This document shows, one piece after another, positions 20,596 through 31,441 of a stretch of 64,000 nt of DNA. A program made the position numbers and the translations under genes. The first letter of the stretch is position 1; each line of letters opens with the position of its first letter. The notes under the pieces were generated by a model. It did no database searches. It was not told where the DNA came from and was given only the letters and a program-made list of their open reading frames with translations. This stretch comes from Pelagomonas calceolata (lineage: Eukaryota): positions 5,456,001-5,520,000 of the forward strand of contig CAKKNE010000002.1 of NCBI GenBank assembly GCA_918797485.1, given 5' to 3'.

Positions 20596-20824
20596 TTGTG
20601 CAACGTGCAAACGTCGGCCTTCCGAGACGATCACTCGATCGCTGCGCGCCGCTCCGGTGCTCTCTTGCTTGCAGTCCGGAGCCGATCTAGTGTGCTGCTG
20701 ATGTGCGTGCAGTTTCGACGCGCGTGCGCCTCCACCGTCGTAATGCGACAAAAAGGGCTGTGCCGGAGCGCTGATAACCTAATATCCAGCGCTGTGGGTC
20801 GCAAGGCTGATCGTGCTGATCAAA

Positions 20825-20847
20825 GCTAGAGTGTTACAGGCCGCTAG
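20825..20847. promoter_or_regulatory. CTAG-flanked upstream element, copy 7
   Basis: GCTAGAGTGTTACAGGCCGCTAG in a divergent promoter. Confidence 0.7.
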
Positions 20848-20983
20848 TTACGCTGCCCACGAAGCTTGGGCAGCCTGCACACAAAGCAAACAAAGAAAAA
20901 CAAAGGACGAAAAGACACGCTCGGACGCTGCGAGTGAGACGCCGGAAGCTGGGCCAGGGGCAGCCCACACACAAAGAGGCAAA

Positions 20984-21625
20984 ATGCCCAGAAGAGGCCC
21001 GAGCGAGGCCGACCTCTACCTCCTCTACGGCTTCGCCTCGGCCCTGGTCTTCCTCATGGGCATCATCATCGTGATGCGGAGCCGGGGCCGGCGCATGTAC
21101 GACGTGGAAGCTCGAGGCGTCGCGCTCGACTGGGACGGCCTCAAGCATTTGTACCGGACGGGCACCTACGACGTGCGGGAGCGCGAGGCCTGGGACTCGC
21201 CGGCGGCGCGCGCGACGCTGACGGGCATCCCGCCGCTCAAGCGAGCGTCGAAGCAGCGCCGGGAGAGGCAGGAGCGGAAGGAGAGGAGAAGAAGGCGGCG
21301 CGAGGCGCGTGATACGCCACGGGATGACCTCGAAGCCGGCGTCGACGTCGCGGCGGCCGGCGGGAGCTGGGTGGAGGTGGAGCGGGCGCGCCGCGGGGCG
21401 GCGTCGCCCTGGGACTCGCCGCGCGCCACGGCGTCGGCGCCGGATCAAAACGGCTGGGGCCCGGACCAGATCGCCGACGAGATCCGGGCGCACATCGGCC
21501 GCCTGGACGCGGGGGCCCAGGCGACGTTCAGGCGGCGCCTGGGCGCCGCGGAGGGCGATATCGACGCGCTCGCGGACCTCAACGAGGCCGTCCAGGAGGC
21601 GGCGGCCGACTACGCGCAGGAGTAG
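20984..21625 (+). CDS. Hypothetical single-pass membrane protein
   Basis: ATG ORF with high GC3 and a hydrophobic segment LYLLYGFASALVFLMGIIIVM. Confidence 0.6.
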   Translation: MPRRGPSEADLYLLYGFASALVFLMGIIIVMRSRGRRMYDVEARGVALDWDGLKHLYRTGTYDVREREAWDSPAARATLTGIPPLKRASKQRRERQERKERRRRRREARDTPRDDLEAGVDVAAAGGSWVEVERARRGAASPWDSPRATASAPDQNGWGPDQIADEIRAHIGRLDAGAQATFRRRLGAAEGDIDALADLNEAVQEAAADYAQE

Positions 21626-22016
21626 TGTGGATGTAACTTGTATGTGGTTTTAAGCCTAGGTTGCGTCGGTGGCGTACGTGCCTGTCTTCTGTTATGGGTG
21701 GTGCCGCGCGCCCGGCCGGCCCGCGGCCAAGTCCGTCTTCAATGAAAGACGGCCTGCCCTCTAGTTTCTAGTGCTACAATTCCCGCCGGAGACCTAGGCG
21801 ACGGGCAACGCTACCCACTCCACTAGCGTCCGCTAGAGTCGTTCACAGTTCGTCGAGCAAGCGCTGCGCGTAACGCGTCGACGCCACGGCGCACGCGGCG
21901 CGTGGAGACCGGTCGCTTGCTCTACACGAATCTACCACCGTCCACACGGGCGCCTGCGTCGAAAGGGCAGCCTCGGAACGCCCGGCGGCCGCGCACGAAA
22001 CGACACCACAACAAGC

Positions 22017-24392
22017 ATGCCGCCGGCCATGTTCATCAGCGACGCCGACCGCCAGCGGAAGAGGGACGCGCAGCAGAAGCAGCGCGCGTTCCTCGAGGAG
22101 CAGCTCGCGGACCGGCGGACCGAGCGCCGCGCCGAGACGCGGCGCGAGAGACAACGCGTGCGGTCCGAGCGCGAGGAGCTCGGCCTGGACGCGGACGACG
22201 CCGCGGATTTGTTGGATGCGCGCGACCGGCGGGCGCGCCGTAATCGTAGGTCGGCGACGCCGGAGGAGCCGCGGCGCCGCGGCCGCGACAAAGAGAACAA
22301 ATCACCACGCCGGCGTTATGAGGATGACGACGACGACGGGGGCCTCGAGCCGACGCCGCCCCGCCCTCGACGCCGCCGCCGCGAGACGCACAAGGGCGCG
22401 ATGCCTGGTTTAAAGCTGGGCCGGCGCCGCCGCCGCGACGAGGACGACGAGGACGAGCGACCGGCGGCGCCGCGCATCGCCACATACAACGACGATGATG
22501 ACGACGGCGCCGCGATCCCGGGCATTGGAAGGGGCAGCCGCCGCCGCCGCGAGCCGCGCATCGCCACGTACGACGACGACGACGACGGCGCGGCGATACC
22601 GGGCATCGGGCGCGGGAGCCGCCGCAGCCGCGACGACGAGGACGAGGACGACGCGCCGCCGCGGCGGCCGCGCCGGAACGCGAAGCCGCGACGGCCGCGC
22701 CGCGACGACGACGACCTCTCGTCGCTGGCGCAGGCGTCGTTCTCGGAGGCGCGCGACAACCTGTTCGACGAGCGCCCGCGGCGGCGCCGCGGCAAGGACG
22801 ACGACGCGCCGCGGCGCCGGCGCCGGCACCCCCCGGGGTGGCCGCGCGACGACGCTTCCGACGACGACGAGGCGCCGGCGCCGCCGCGCGTCGCCTCGTA
22901 CGACGACGACGACGGCCGGACGGCCACGCCGGGGACGCCCTCGCGGTGGTCGGGGAGCGAGCGGACGGCCGCGACGCCGGGCAGCCCGCGGCGGTCCTCA
23001 CAATCGCCGAAGGCCGACAAGGGCGGCACCTTCTACCCCTACTTCGGGGGCGGGGACGCGGTCGCCGCGCGTTTGTCGCACAACAAGTCCATGCGGGCCC
23101 TCGCCGAGCTCCAGGGCGACTCGCACGAGCAGCGGGAGGCGCGGCGGAAGAAGGAGGCGGACTTCCGGAGGTTGTTGGATGAGCAGCGCCGCCGCGATGA
23201 AAGACGAAAGAAGAAGGAGGCCGACGAGAAGCGCAAACTCGACGAGAAGGACGCGGCCGAGCTCTTGGCGGCGCAGCGCAAGTACCACGCGGAGACGGTG
23301 AAGAAGTCCGGCGTCCGGCGTGTCTCGCTCCCGCCAGATGACAAAGGAGAGGGTGCGGACGACGCCGAACCGGGGCCGCCGCCCGCGGAGCCGGAAGATG
23401 AAAAAGAGGCGACGTTCCGCGACCGCGACAAGCTGCCGCGGACGCGGGGCGCGCCCAAGCCCTGGACGCGGGGCGCGCCCCGGGCCGCCACACCTCATGA
23501 TGATTTGGAAGACAGCGGCGGCCTTGAGCCGGCGATCCCGGGCATCGGGCGGGGCAGCCGCGGCAGCCGCCCGTCGACCTACGACAACTACAGCGACGAC
23601 AACGAACCGCCGCCGCGGAAGCGCAGCACGCACGACTCGACCGCAGATTTGGAAGGCATGTACCGCGAGATGCTGCGGGAACAGCGCATGCTCCGCGAGC
23701 GCGTCGAGGAGCTCGCGCGCACTTCTAGGGAGGAGGTGCGTCTGAAGCGGCGCGACCGCCGACGACCGACGCCCGACAGCGCGCGGCCGTCGACGACGGG
23801 CTCGGTACAACCGCCACCGCCAAAGCGCGCGGGCCCGCCGCCGGACACGTGGCGGCCGCGGCGCGCGGGTAGACGATCAGGCACGGCGCCGGACGACCAA
23901 GAGTTCGGGCCGCGGCGCGGCGGGCGGCGCCGCGCGGCCGCGGCCGACCGCGAGTGGCGTCATAAGGGAGAGCCGTCCCAGACGAAGTGGGGCGGCACCA
24001 TCAGTCCGAAGAAGGACCCCTGGGAGTTCAAGAAGAAGAAGCCCAAAGGGGCCGCCTTCGCTCATCAACCGACGATCCCGCGCAAGCCGCGGCCGCGCGC
24101 CTTGAAACCGCCGCCCATCCCCTTTGAAGCTCGGCAGACCGACGCTCCCAGAAGAATACGTCGTCGGCGCGGTGCACCGCCGCCGCCGCCGCGCTTCGAC
24201 CCGCGCTACGACGACCGGCAGCCGTCGCCGTCGGCGCCGCGCTACGACCCGTCGCCGCCCAAGGAAGCGCGCCAGTCGCCGGCGCGCGGCATGCAGTGGG
24301 GCCCCGAGCTCAAGTCAACCTCCGAGTTTGTGGACGACGCGCCGTTTGCTTCTCCATCACCTCCTCGGCGGACGCTGGCCGACGACTTCTAG
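22017..24392 (+). CDS. Hypothetical low-complexity coiled-coil protein (Arg/Asp-rich)
   Basis: 791-aa ORF with high GC3 and a repeated AIPGIGRGSR motif. Confidence 0.65.
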   Translation: MPPAMFISDADRQRKRDAQQKQRAFLEEQLADRRTERRAETRRERQRVRSEREELGLDADDAADLLDARDRRARRNRRSATPEEPRRRGRDKENKSPRRRYEDDDDDGGLEPTPPRPRRRRRETHKGAMPGLKLGRRRRRDEDDEDERPAAPRIATYNDDDDDGAAIPGIGRGSRRRREPRIATYDDDDDGAAIPGIGRGSRRSRDDEDEDDAPPRRPRRNAKPRRPRRDDDDLSSLAQASFSEARDNLFDERPRRRRGKDDDAPRRRRRHPPGWPRDDASDDDEAPAPPRVASYDDDDGRTATPGTPSRWSGSERTAATPGSPRRSSQSPKADKGGTFYPYFGGGDAVAARLSHNKSMRALAELQGDSHEQREARRKKEADFRRLLDEQRRRDERRKKKEADEKRKLDEKDAAELLAAQRKYHAETVKKSGVRRVSLPPDDKGEGADDAEPGPPPAEPEDEKEATFRDRDKLPRTRGAPKPWTRGAPRAATPHDDLEDSGGLEPAIPGIGRGSRGSRPSTYDNYSDDNEPPPRKRSTHDSTADLEGMYREMLREQRMLRERVEELARTSREEVRLKRRDRRRPTPDSARPSTTGSVQPPPPKRAGPPPDTWRPRRAGRRSGTAPDDQEFGPRRGGRRRAAAADREWRHKGEPSQTKWGGTISPKKDPWEFKKKKPKGAAFAHQPTIPRKPRPRALKPPPIPFEARQTDAPRRIRRRRGAPPPPPRFDPRYDDRQPSPSAPRYDPSPPKEARQSPARGMQWGPELKSTSEFVDDAPFASPSPPRRTLADDF

Positions 24393-24407
24393 CTAGATGG
24401 GTATAAA

Positions 24408-24941
24408 TTAGTACCTTGGCCAGACGACCTGCTCCGCGCCTATCCTCTCGAGGAACGAGAACCAGTCCAGCGTGGGTGCGCCGCGGAGGGCCCGGAACGC
24501 TAGTTTTGATGCCTCTGGACTGACCGGCTCGCGCGAAAGCTGGGCGTCGAGCGCCGGTCTTAGTGAGGTCGGAAGCGGCCCCGTCGGGTCGTTTTTGTTG
24601 TACAGCCGTCGCTGCTCGAGTTCGCGCATGTAGACCGCCGTCTCCGCGTTCTTGTTGATGGCCACGGTCTTGACGTTCGACGGCGACGCCGCGGTGCCGT
24701 AGGGCTTCAGCGGCCAGCGGAAGGGCAGCGCGGCGAGTCGTGCCTCGAATCCCGCCTCACTACTCACGTCGCCGATCGTCTCTCGTATCCGCGCCGCCGT
24801 GAGCTGGCAGGACGCGCCCGCGGCCGCCGGCACCGTCTTCCCGAAGCATTCCGGGCCCGCGAGCCGGCCGTAGACTTGCAAGACGTCCATGACGGGTACT
24901 GGCGACGTCGCAATCAAAACAGAGACGGCGAGGCCGATCAT
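24408..24941 (-). CDS. Hypothetical protein with signal peptide
   Basis: MIGLAVSVLIA start; ordered, conserved-looking segments FRWPLKPYG and PTGPLPTSLRP. Confidence 0.6.
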   Translation of the reverse strand: MIGLAVSVLIATSPVPVMDVLQVYGRLAGPECFGKTVPAAAGASCQLTAARIRETIGDVSSEAGFEARLAALPFRWPLKPYGTAASPSNVKTVAINKNAETAVYMRELEQRRLYNKNDPTGPLPTSLRPALDAQLSREPVSPEASKLAFRALRGAPTLDWFSFLERIGAEQVVWPRY

Positions 24942-25228
24942 CTCGAGCCGCTCTTTGTACCGGACTCCCCAGACCTCTCGCAATCAATTATCTGCGATTC
25001 GTGTGCACTGTTCGACGCCGCCCTGCCGATGACACGAGGTATGCGCTACTCTCAGCACCGTACGCCCGCTCTGCGAGAGCACACTGCTGGCAGGCTGCCA
25101 ACAGAGTACTTAGGCGTCCCGGTGAGGCCTTCCGTTGCTGCGGCTGATAGATTCTGCACGAATGCTAATTCTCTGTGCAGTCGACAGCGTGCGTTTGCTC
25201 TGTGTGACTGCTGTGAGCTTGCTTGCGC

Positions 25229-25251
25229 GCTAGCGGCATGTAACACACTAG
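25229..25251. promoter_or_regulatory. CTAG-flanked upstream element, copy 8
   Basis: GCTAGCGGCATGTAACACACTAG in a divergent promoter. Confidence 0.7.
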
Positions 25252-25453
25252 AAAGAGTAAAACAGCCATAACCTGGCGTTGCGCGCGCGCAGCGGCTGCA
25301 AAACGTCGCCCAAAACGTCGCCGTCAATAAGACACAGCATCTTCAATCTCGCAAGCGCACCGTCTAGCCAGCCCTAGGCGTACCTGAGAGCCGCCGAGCA
25401 AGAGCACCGCACCAGCACCGCCGCAGCGCCAGTAGACAGTAGAACCAAACAAA

Positions 25454-26542
25454 ATGTCCACGATCCACGTCGCCAACCTGAGCCCCGCCATACACGGCGA
25501 CATGCTGCGCTCCATCTTCGCCCACTTCGGCCCCATCGCCGACATCCGCCTTATCAGTGGACAGGGCCCCGCGTCCTACGCCTTCGTCGAGTTTAGTACG
25601 AGCGACGCCGCTGTCAAAGCCTTAGCCATGTCCGGGTCGGAATTCGACGGACGGGCCCTGCGCGTAGAGCTCGCGAACCAGAAGGGCGGGGGCGGCGCGG
25701 TCCCGCCCGCGAATCCGCAGGCCTTGTCCGCGGAGTTGTTTGTGGGGGGGTTGGCTCCCTCGATCACCGGCGACATGCTGCGGATGCACTTTAGTCGGTG
25801 GGGGGCTGTCCAAGAAGCCAACGTCATGACCCATCGCCAGACGGGCGTCAGCAAAGGCTTCGGGTTCGTTCGATTGCAGTCCCACGATCAAGCTTTGGCT
25901 TGTGTGGGTGGCGCTCCGCACATCATCGAGGGCCGGACGCTCAACGTCGAGCTGTCCAATTTAGGCAAGAACGCGGCTGGCATGCCTCCCCAAGCGCCGG
26001 CGCCCCGAAAACGCAAACACAGTGTCGATACAGGAGAGGGCGACGGTCGGGGGTTGTGCGTCCAGCAGCTGTTCGACGCCGCGCCGGCGCTGGAAGCCTA
26101 CGCCCAGAAAGTGGAAGCGGACACGCATGCGACCTGTGGCGCCTTTGGTAGTATCAGGAGCATCGGCGTCCCGCGACCGAAAGTCTCCGGTTTAGCTGTG
26201 TGGGTCGAGTTCGACGAATCGAGAGCAGCGAGGGCGGCGGCCGCGTCGCTCGCCAGTCGTACGTACGACGGGCGGACGCTCGGCGTCCGCGTTGTAGATA
26301 GTGGCGCGGCGCGGCGCGGCGCGGCCGAGGCCGCGGCGCCGTCGGATGGCGATACCGAGCGTTTGAGAGAAAAAGCGCGCTTCGAGGCCGACCAAAGTCG
26401 CCTGTTGCAGCGCCGCGTCGAGGACCTCGAATCTGAATTAGAGTCCGTCCGAGCGTCGGCGAAGAAGGACCGGGACTTCCAGAAGCAGCGCATCCAGGCG
26501 CTCGTACAACGCGTCGCCGCGCTCGAAGGGGGAGGTATTTAA
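25454..26542 (+). CDS. RNA-binding protein with three RRM domains and a C-terminal coiled coil
   Basis: RNP motifs IHVANL/YAFVEF and LFVGGL/KGFGFVRL; third, UHM-like RRM (VWVEF..YDGRTL). Confidence 0.88.
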   Translation: MSTIHVANLSPAIHGDMLRSIFAHFGPIADIRLISGQGPASYAFVEFSTSDAAVKALAMSGSEFDGRALRVELANQKGGGGAVPPANPQALSAELFVGGLAPSITGDMLRMHFSRWGAVQEANVMTHRQTGVSKGFGFVRLQSHDQALACVGGAPHIIEGRTLNVELSNLGKNAAGMPPQAPAPRKRKHSVDTGEGDGRGLCVQQLFDAAPALEAYAQKVEADTHATCGAFGSIRSIGVPRPKVSGLAVWVEFDESRAARAAAASLASRTYDGRTLGVRVVDSGAARRGAAEAAAPSDGDTERLREKARFEADQSRLLQRRVEDLESELESVRASAKKDRDFQKQRIQALVQRVAALEGGGI

Positions 26543-26545
26543 TGA

Positions 26546-27703
26546 TCATGTACTTAGGTCGCAGTCGTGGTCCGCCGCGCCCCTAGCTTTCGCCAGGTGC
26601 CCGGGGCAGACGTCGCCGAACGACCGCCTAACACCGTTGAAGAGGAGCTTTGTGGCGGCCACTTTCTCAAGGGCGTCAACCGTCTGCGCGGTCCGACACC
26701 GCTTCCACCACGTCCGAGCTTCCATCAGCAAATGGTGCCTCTTCCCGCCCCCGTTGAAGTGGAAGACCGCCGGCGTACTTCCAGTCAAAGTGTTGCGCCA
26801 CACACCGTCTACTTCCCGCAAGTGGGGCCTGGGATCACAGTTCGGCACCAGCGTATCGTCGTTGATGGAGTGCATCGCTTGAAACAATTTCGCGTGGTGG
26901 TCTAGTTGGAGGCCCGGGAAGCCCCGTCTCAAATACAATTCGGAGGCCAATTCCTGGTCATTTAATTTGTGGAAATCTACTGATGTAGCATCGGCGCCGA
27001 TGGCTCTGAGAAATTTGGCAGCTACGGAAGCTCTGCCGGCCCAACTCCCGCTATTTAGGTAGCGGTAGGGCGTTGGAGATGGTGGATATTCGTCTCGACA
27101 CGTTTTGCCCCGATCCCTCGTGACCTGCGGCCAGCACCCACATTCCGCCGAGAACACTAAGTCAGCTTTGATGGCGTCGAAGGCCTTTCGCATGGCTGAT
27201 TCCCCTTGCGTGAAGAGCACATCATAGGCGTCCGTGAACACAACAGGGCAGTCGGCCGGTAATTCCTCGACGGCTCGTAACGCCGCTCCGAGCTTTTGAC
27301 TGAGACCCTCCCACTTGACGCCCCAGCCGAGCACTCTGAGGTCCAGGCCGTTTCTTATAGCACTCTCTAGACTTCGACAGAAGCGGTCGTCCCGGCCCGG
27401 GTGCGACGCGTACGTTAATGCTACAATACCATGAGCGCACGTGTCGTTGCGGCTCGGCGGCTTCGGTGCGGGCTTTGCGGGTGGCGCGACGGTCGTTTTT
27501 TCGGAGAGCTTCGCGAAGAGGCCGCTGCTGTGGTGTGCCACGGGCTCGGGCGCGATGACGGGTTCCGGCGCGCGCGCGGCCCTTTGTGCTTGTTGCGTGA
27601 GTGCGAACTGGTAGTGCATGAAGCACCACAGGCCGACGCCTATTGCTACGAGCGCCGACACCGCGCGGCGTATGCTGCATGGTCGAGCCTGGCGCTGCCG
27701 CAT
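26546..27703 (-). CDS. PLOD/LH3 GT-domain-like glycosyltransferase, type II membrane protein
   Basis: VVFTDAYDVLF, VFSAECGCWP, YLNSGSWAG, NDQ, FHFNGGGK. Confidence 0.85.
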   Translation of the reverse strand: MRQRQARPCSIRRAVSALVAIGVGLWCFMHYQFALTQQAQRAARAPEPVIAPEPVAHHSSGLFAKLSEKTTVAPPAKPAPKPPSRNDTCAHGIVALTYASHPGRDDRFCRSLESAIRNGLDLRVLGWGVKWEGLSQKLGAALRAVEELPADCPVVFTDAYDVLFTQGESAMRKAFDAIKADLVFSAECGCWPQVTRDRGKTCRDEYPPSPTPYRYLNSGSWAGRASVAAKFLRAIGADATSVDFHKLNDQELASELYLRRGFPGLQLDHHAKLFQAMHSINDDTLVPNCDPRPHLREVDGVWRNTLTGSTPAVFHFNGGGKRHHLLMEARTWWKRCRTAQTVDALEKVAATKLLFNGVRRSFGDVCPGHLAKARGAADHDCDLST

Positions 27704-27843
27704 GGTCCTAGACCGCTGCCATTGCTCTTTTGTGTCGCTTCGCCCCGAAGGCGTATGGTAGAGCGGTTGATTCAACGGCCCTTGATCGAGCAATAGCGCG
27801 TCAAACGAGGCTGCCCAACCTTTTTTCCTGTTAATCCGCATAC

Positions 27844-27868
27844 GCTAACGTCCTGTAAAGACACTAGC
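27844..27868. promoter_or_regulatory. CTAG-flanked upstream element, copy 9
   Basis: GCTAACGTCCTGTAAAGACACTAGC in a divergent promoter. Confidence 0.7.
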
Positions 27869-27957
27869 AAGAGATTAGCAAGCTCGAAACGGTTGACTGC
27901 GCGAAGGCTCACGTATACGCCGTCGGGCAGCCTCATTCCTGCGCACGCAGCACCGAC

Positions 27958-30117
27958 ATGGACCGCCAGGCCGCCGCCGACTTCTGGCAGCGGCCGCCGC
28001 CGCCGCCCGAACCGACGCATTCGCGCATCTATGGCGGCCGATCAGCAGGGCTGCCGGGCACGAACTCCTACTGGGACAACGAGGCGCAGCGCGATCTAAC
28101 ACCACCTCCACAAAAGCTCTACCACTCGGAGACCGAACAATTCCTGCGCTGCGTCGAGGCCGTCGTTTCAGCATCGGACGCCGAAACGGCAACCTTATGC
28201 AGCTCATTACCTGACGGGGCGGCATCCAGAGACGTCTGGCAGCCTGTTGGCGACATGAGCCACGACGCAACAAAAGCATGGTACAATGAACGCCCCTTGC
28301 AGAACGCGCCGCAATTACCGAGAGACGCGACGACGCGTTTGGGAATCAGTCACGCGCGGCGCAAAGGCCTGGCGGTCGTGCCATGTGGTGGAGGCGAGTA
28401 CCGCCTACCATGTACAGCGACGCCCGAGCTCTCGCGGTTACTGGCGACGCCGCAGAACTCTCTCCTCCACATCGCGGCGTGCCGCGGGTTGGTGGCGACG
28501 GTCTCCACCTTACTTTCCAAGGGCGCGGCGCCGGATTCAAGAAATGCGGCCGGCGAGACGCCGCGCGACGTGGCACATGCGGCCGCTGCTAAACGGACGG
28601 CGTCGTCGAACGCTTTGAGTATCGTGGAAAAATTAATGAAGGCGGCGACGCCGAAGAAAGTAGAAGGGCGCGCGCGGCCGACGTGGACCGACGCGTGGTT
28701 CGCGGTCCGCGACGCGCCCGACGAGGAAGCTCGAGCCGTGTTGGTCGAGTGCCTCGGAATGGACGGTAATTTGGAGAGGGGCTACGCGGCGGAGACGGTG
28801 CGGCCGGCGTTATCGGTGGAGGACAAGCGGAACATGAAGCTCATGCAGGACCGCGCGACGGCCACAACGAGGGCGCGGCACCTCGCCGCGCGCCTCGCCA
28901 AAAGGTTGGAGGAGCCTGATAGGGACGCTATTCAATTGAAAGCTGCGCTCAAACTCCAGCGCGCTTATAGGGCAAGGCACCGTCTCAAAAACGACGCCGC
29001 GGCGTCACAAAGAGCCCGGTCCCACTGGGCGACGGCGGCGCGGAAGAGCAAGGCCCTGACGGGCGACGCCGCGGCGCGTAAAATGAGAGACGGGAGAGAA
29101 GCGCTTGTGAATCGAAGGCGCCTCGGCCAAAGGGAATGGTACGACTTCTGCGGCGCGACGGTCGGGTTCACGCTGGCGCACCTCGCGGCAGCTAGGGACA
29201 AGCCGTTATGTTTGGCGTTGTTGGTGAAGGCCGGGGCCGATCCCGACGGCCCGGCCATCGCGGCAATTCAAAAACGCGACGAGGTCACGCCGCGGACGCT
29301 CGCGCGGGACGCAAATTCAAGGCGCTGCCTCGCTGTTTTAGGTGAAAGCTTAGATGTGCCTCCCCCGCCGCCGCACCCGAACCGGTGCCCCCATTTGGGG
29401 GGAGCGACGATGCGTTCTGTATTAGGACCGCCGCCCCAGTTTAGGAAAGCGGCGCCGAGGGATGTGTGGTACCGGACCTTCGACGACGTGCGGGACTCTC
29501 CGGACGAACAGGCGGCCCAAGCCATTGAAGCTTTTGCGAAGAATGCATCGGGCCGCTGGGGCCTCGACGCGCGGCGCTTGGACGGCTACGGGCCCGACGC
29601 GGCTCGTACGTTGGCGCACGCCGCCGCAGCTAGAGGCAAAGTTCGAACAATCGCCGCGCTGCGCGACGCCGGCGCGAATCTTGAGCTGCGGGACGTTAAT
29701 GGATTCACGTGCTTCGATTTGCTGGCGCGCGCGGCCGCGACAACCGCGGACTTCCACAGCGTCGCGGCCGCCGTCGGCATCCAAATACCGGAGGTGGCGC
29801 CGCCGCCTCAAAAGCGCGACCCGCGGCTCGCCAAGGACCGGTGCTGGCAGGCGTTGGTGGATGCGCTGCGCGACCCCGAGCGGAAGGAGGCCGCGTGCCT
29901 GCCTTTGGCTCATGCTCTCGCGGGCTACGGCGGCGCGGACGCCTTCGGCCGGACGGCGTGGCACCGCCCGCACGGCGACTCGCGCACGGTGGTAGCTCTG
30001 GCCTCGGGGCGCGGGTTCCGGAAGGTCATGGGCATGCTTGGGCGGACTGGCGTCGCAGCCCGCGACACTGGGGAGCTCGGCGTGCCAGGCGCGGGGGGGC
30101 TCGTGGCGGCGCGATAA
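27958..30117 (+). CDS. Ankyrin-repeat protein with IQ motif
   Basis: SLLHIAACRG, TLAHLAAARD, TLAHAAAARG; AALKLQRAYRA. Confidence 0.75.
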   Translation: MDRQAAADFWQRPPPPPEPTHSRIYGGRSAGLPGTNSYWDNEAQRDLTPPPQKLYHSETEQFLRCVEAVVSASDAETATLCSSLPDGAASRDVWQPVGDMSHDATKAWYNERPLQNAPQLPRDATTRLGISHARRKGLAVVPCGGGEYRLPCTATPELSRLLATPQNSLLHIAACRGLVATVSTLLSKGAAPDSRNAAGETPRDVAHAAAAKRTASSNALSIVEKLMKAATPKKVEGRARPTWTDAWFAVRDAPDEEARAVLVECLGMDGNLERGYAAETVRPALSVEDKRNMKLMQDRATATTRARHLAARLAKRLEEPDRDAIQLKAALKLQRAYRARHRLKNDAAASQRARSHWATAARKSKALTGDAAARKMRDGREALVNRRRLGQREWYDFCGATVGFTLAHLAAARDKPLCLALLVKAGADPDGPAIAAIQKRDEVTPRTLARDANSRRCLAVLGESLDVPPPPPHPNRCPHLGGATMRSVLGPPPQFRKAAPRDVWYRTFDDVRDSPDEQAAQAIEAFAKNASGRWGLDARRLDGYGPDAARTLAHAAAARGKVRTIAALRDAGANLELRDVNGFTCFDLLARAAATTADFHSVAAAVGIQIPEVAPPPQKRDPRLAKDRCWQALVDALRDPERKEAACLPLAHALAGYGGADAFGRTAWHRPHGDSRTVVALASGRGFRKVMGMLGRTGVAARDTGELGVPGAGGLVAAR

Positions 30118-30238
30118 GGTTTCGTTTTTGTACTAGTGCGTGAATGGACCGCCGTTGTAGACACCCTCTGCGGATATTATTTATACGAGGCTATGAAAAA
30201 TGTACTAGTAGGCGAGCGCTGAGACGCGCGCCACAAGA

Positions 30239-31075
30239 TCAGAGCTCCATGAACTCGGGCTTGCCGCCGCGCCGCCTCAACTTCTTGCGCCGCTCGCGGT
30301 CCGCCTTGCGCGCCCACATCTTGCAGGGGTGGGACTCCGCGTTGCCCTCGACGGCGCAGAAGCTGTCGTGCATTTTCGTCACTTCGTCCCTGTTGCCGGC
30401 GTCACGAATGCGCGGCATCGGCAATGGATTGCCGGCCTCCAGCGCTGCGCGGCGCTCCGCGATCTCGACGCAGAGCGGCGTCTCTGCTTTTTCGGAATCG
30501 CACCAGAAGTCGTGCATCGCCTCCATCTCGGCCTGGACCTCGGGGTCCGGCGGTGGTACCTCCTTCGGTACCCCCCTCGGCGGCGGCGGCCCTCTCGCCC
30601 GGGGCGGCGGCATCCGCGGTTTCTTCCATTGGGGCGGCGGCGGCGGCTTTTTGGCCGCGGCGCCGGGCGGCGGCACGGGCGGTTTCTTCGCGCCGCCCGG
30701 CGGCGGCATCGGGGGCTTCTTCGCGGCCCCGGGCGGCGGCCGTGGCGGGGGCGGTTTGTCTCCCTTTGGCGGCGGCATGGGCGGTTTCTTGCCGGCGGCC
30801 GGTGGCACGGGCGGCTTTTTCGGGGGCGGCGGCGGGCGCGGCGGGCGCTCCTTTTTGGTGGGCGCGTCCTTTTTGGCGTCGCCTTTGGGCGGCGGCGGTG
30901 GCGCCCGCGGCGGCAGCTTCGCATCCTTGGACGCGGCGTCGGCGCCGGGCGACGGCGGCGCCTCTTTTTTGGCAGCAGCGGGGTCCTCCTTCTGGCCGTC
31001 GCCGGACAACCAGCTCCCCCAGGAGCCCGCGGCGGCGGACGTGCACAGCAATGCCACGAGCATGCGGCGAAGCAT
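30239..31075 (-). CDS. Secreted Pro/Lys-rich protein with repeated MHD(F/S)xC module
   Basis: Signal peptide, KKPPxPPP repeats, MHDFWC..PLC and MHDSFC..PC. Confidence 0.7.
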   Translation of the reverse strand: MLRRMLVALLCTSAAAGSWGSWLSGDGQKEDPAAAKKEAPPSPGADAASKDAKLPPRAPPPPPKGDAKKDAPTKKERPPRPPPPPKKPPVPPAAGKKPPMPPPKGDKPPPPRPPPGAAKKPPMPPPGGAKKPPVPPPGAAAKKPPPPPQWKKPRMPPPRARGPPPPRGVPKEVPPPDPEVQAEMEAMHDFWCDSEKAETPLCVEIAERRAALEAGNPLPMPRIRDAGNRDEVTKMHDSFCAVEGNAESHPCKMWARKADRERRKKLRRRGGKPEFMEL

Positions 31076-31198
31076 GGTGGCTAGTTCGGTTTCAGACGAG
31101 GGCAGCGATTTCAGCCGCGAACCTGCAACTGAGCCGCTCTGAGGCTCACCGCCTCAAGCTCGCGATTTTCGGCCGCGTGTCGAATTATATAAATCGAT

Positions 31199-31220
31199 CT
31201 AGCGGCCTTAAAGACACTAG
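31199..31220. promoter_or_regulatory. CTAG-flanked upstream element, copy 10
   Basis: CTAGCGGCCTTAAAGACACTAG in a divergent promoter. Confidence 0.7.
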
Positions 31221-31441
31221 TCCGGCACTCGAGCTGCAGCTGCTCTGCCGCTTTTTGCTCGCGCTGCGTGCAGCGTTAGGACCTACGTAGAGCCACGGCT
31301 CTCCCTTGACGCCATCGCTGCGCAGCGGTGCACCCTGTGCCTTTTGATTTAAGGTGTAGCACAAGCAATCCAGCCCCAATCTCAGCCGCGCGCGCCGGGC
31401 CCAAGGCGGCCGCAAAAAACACCAGATCTCTGTCAGCAGCG

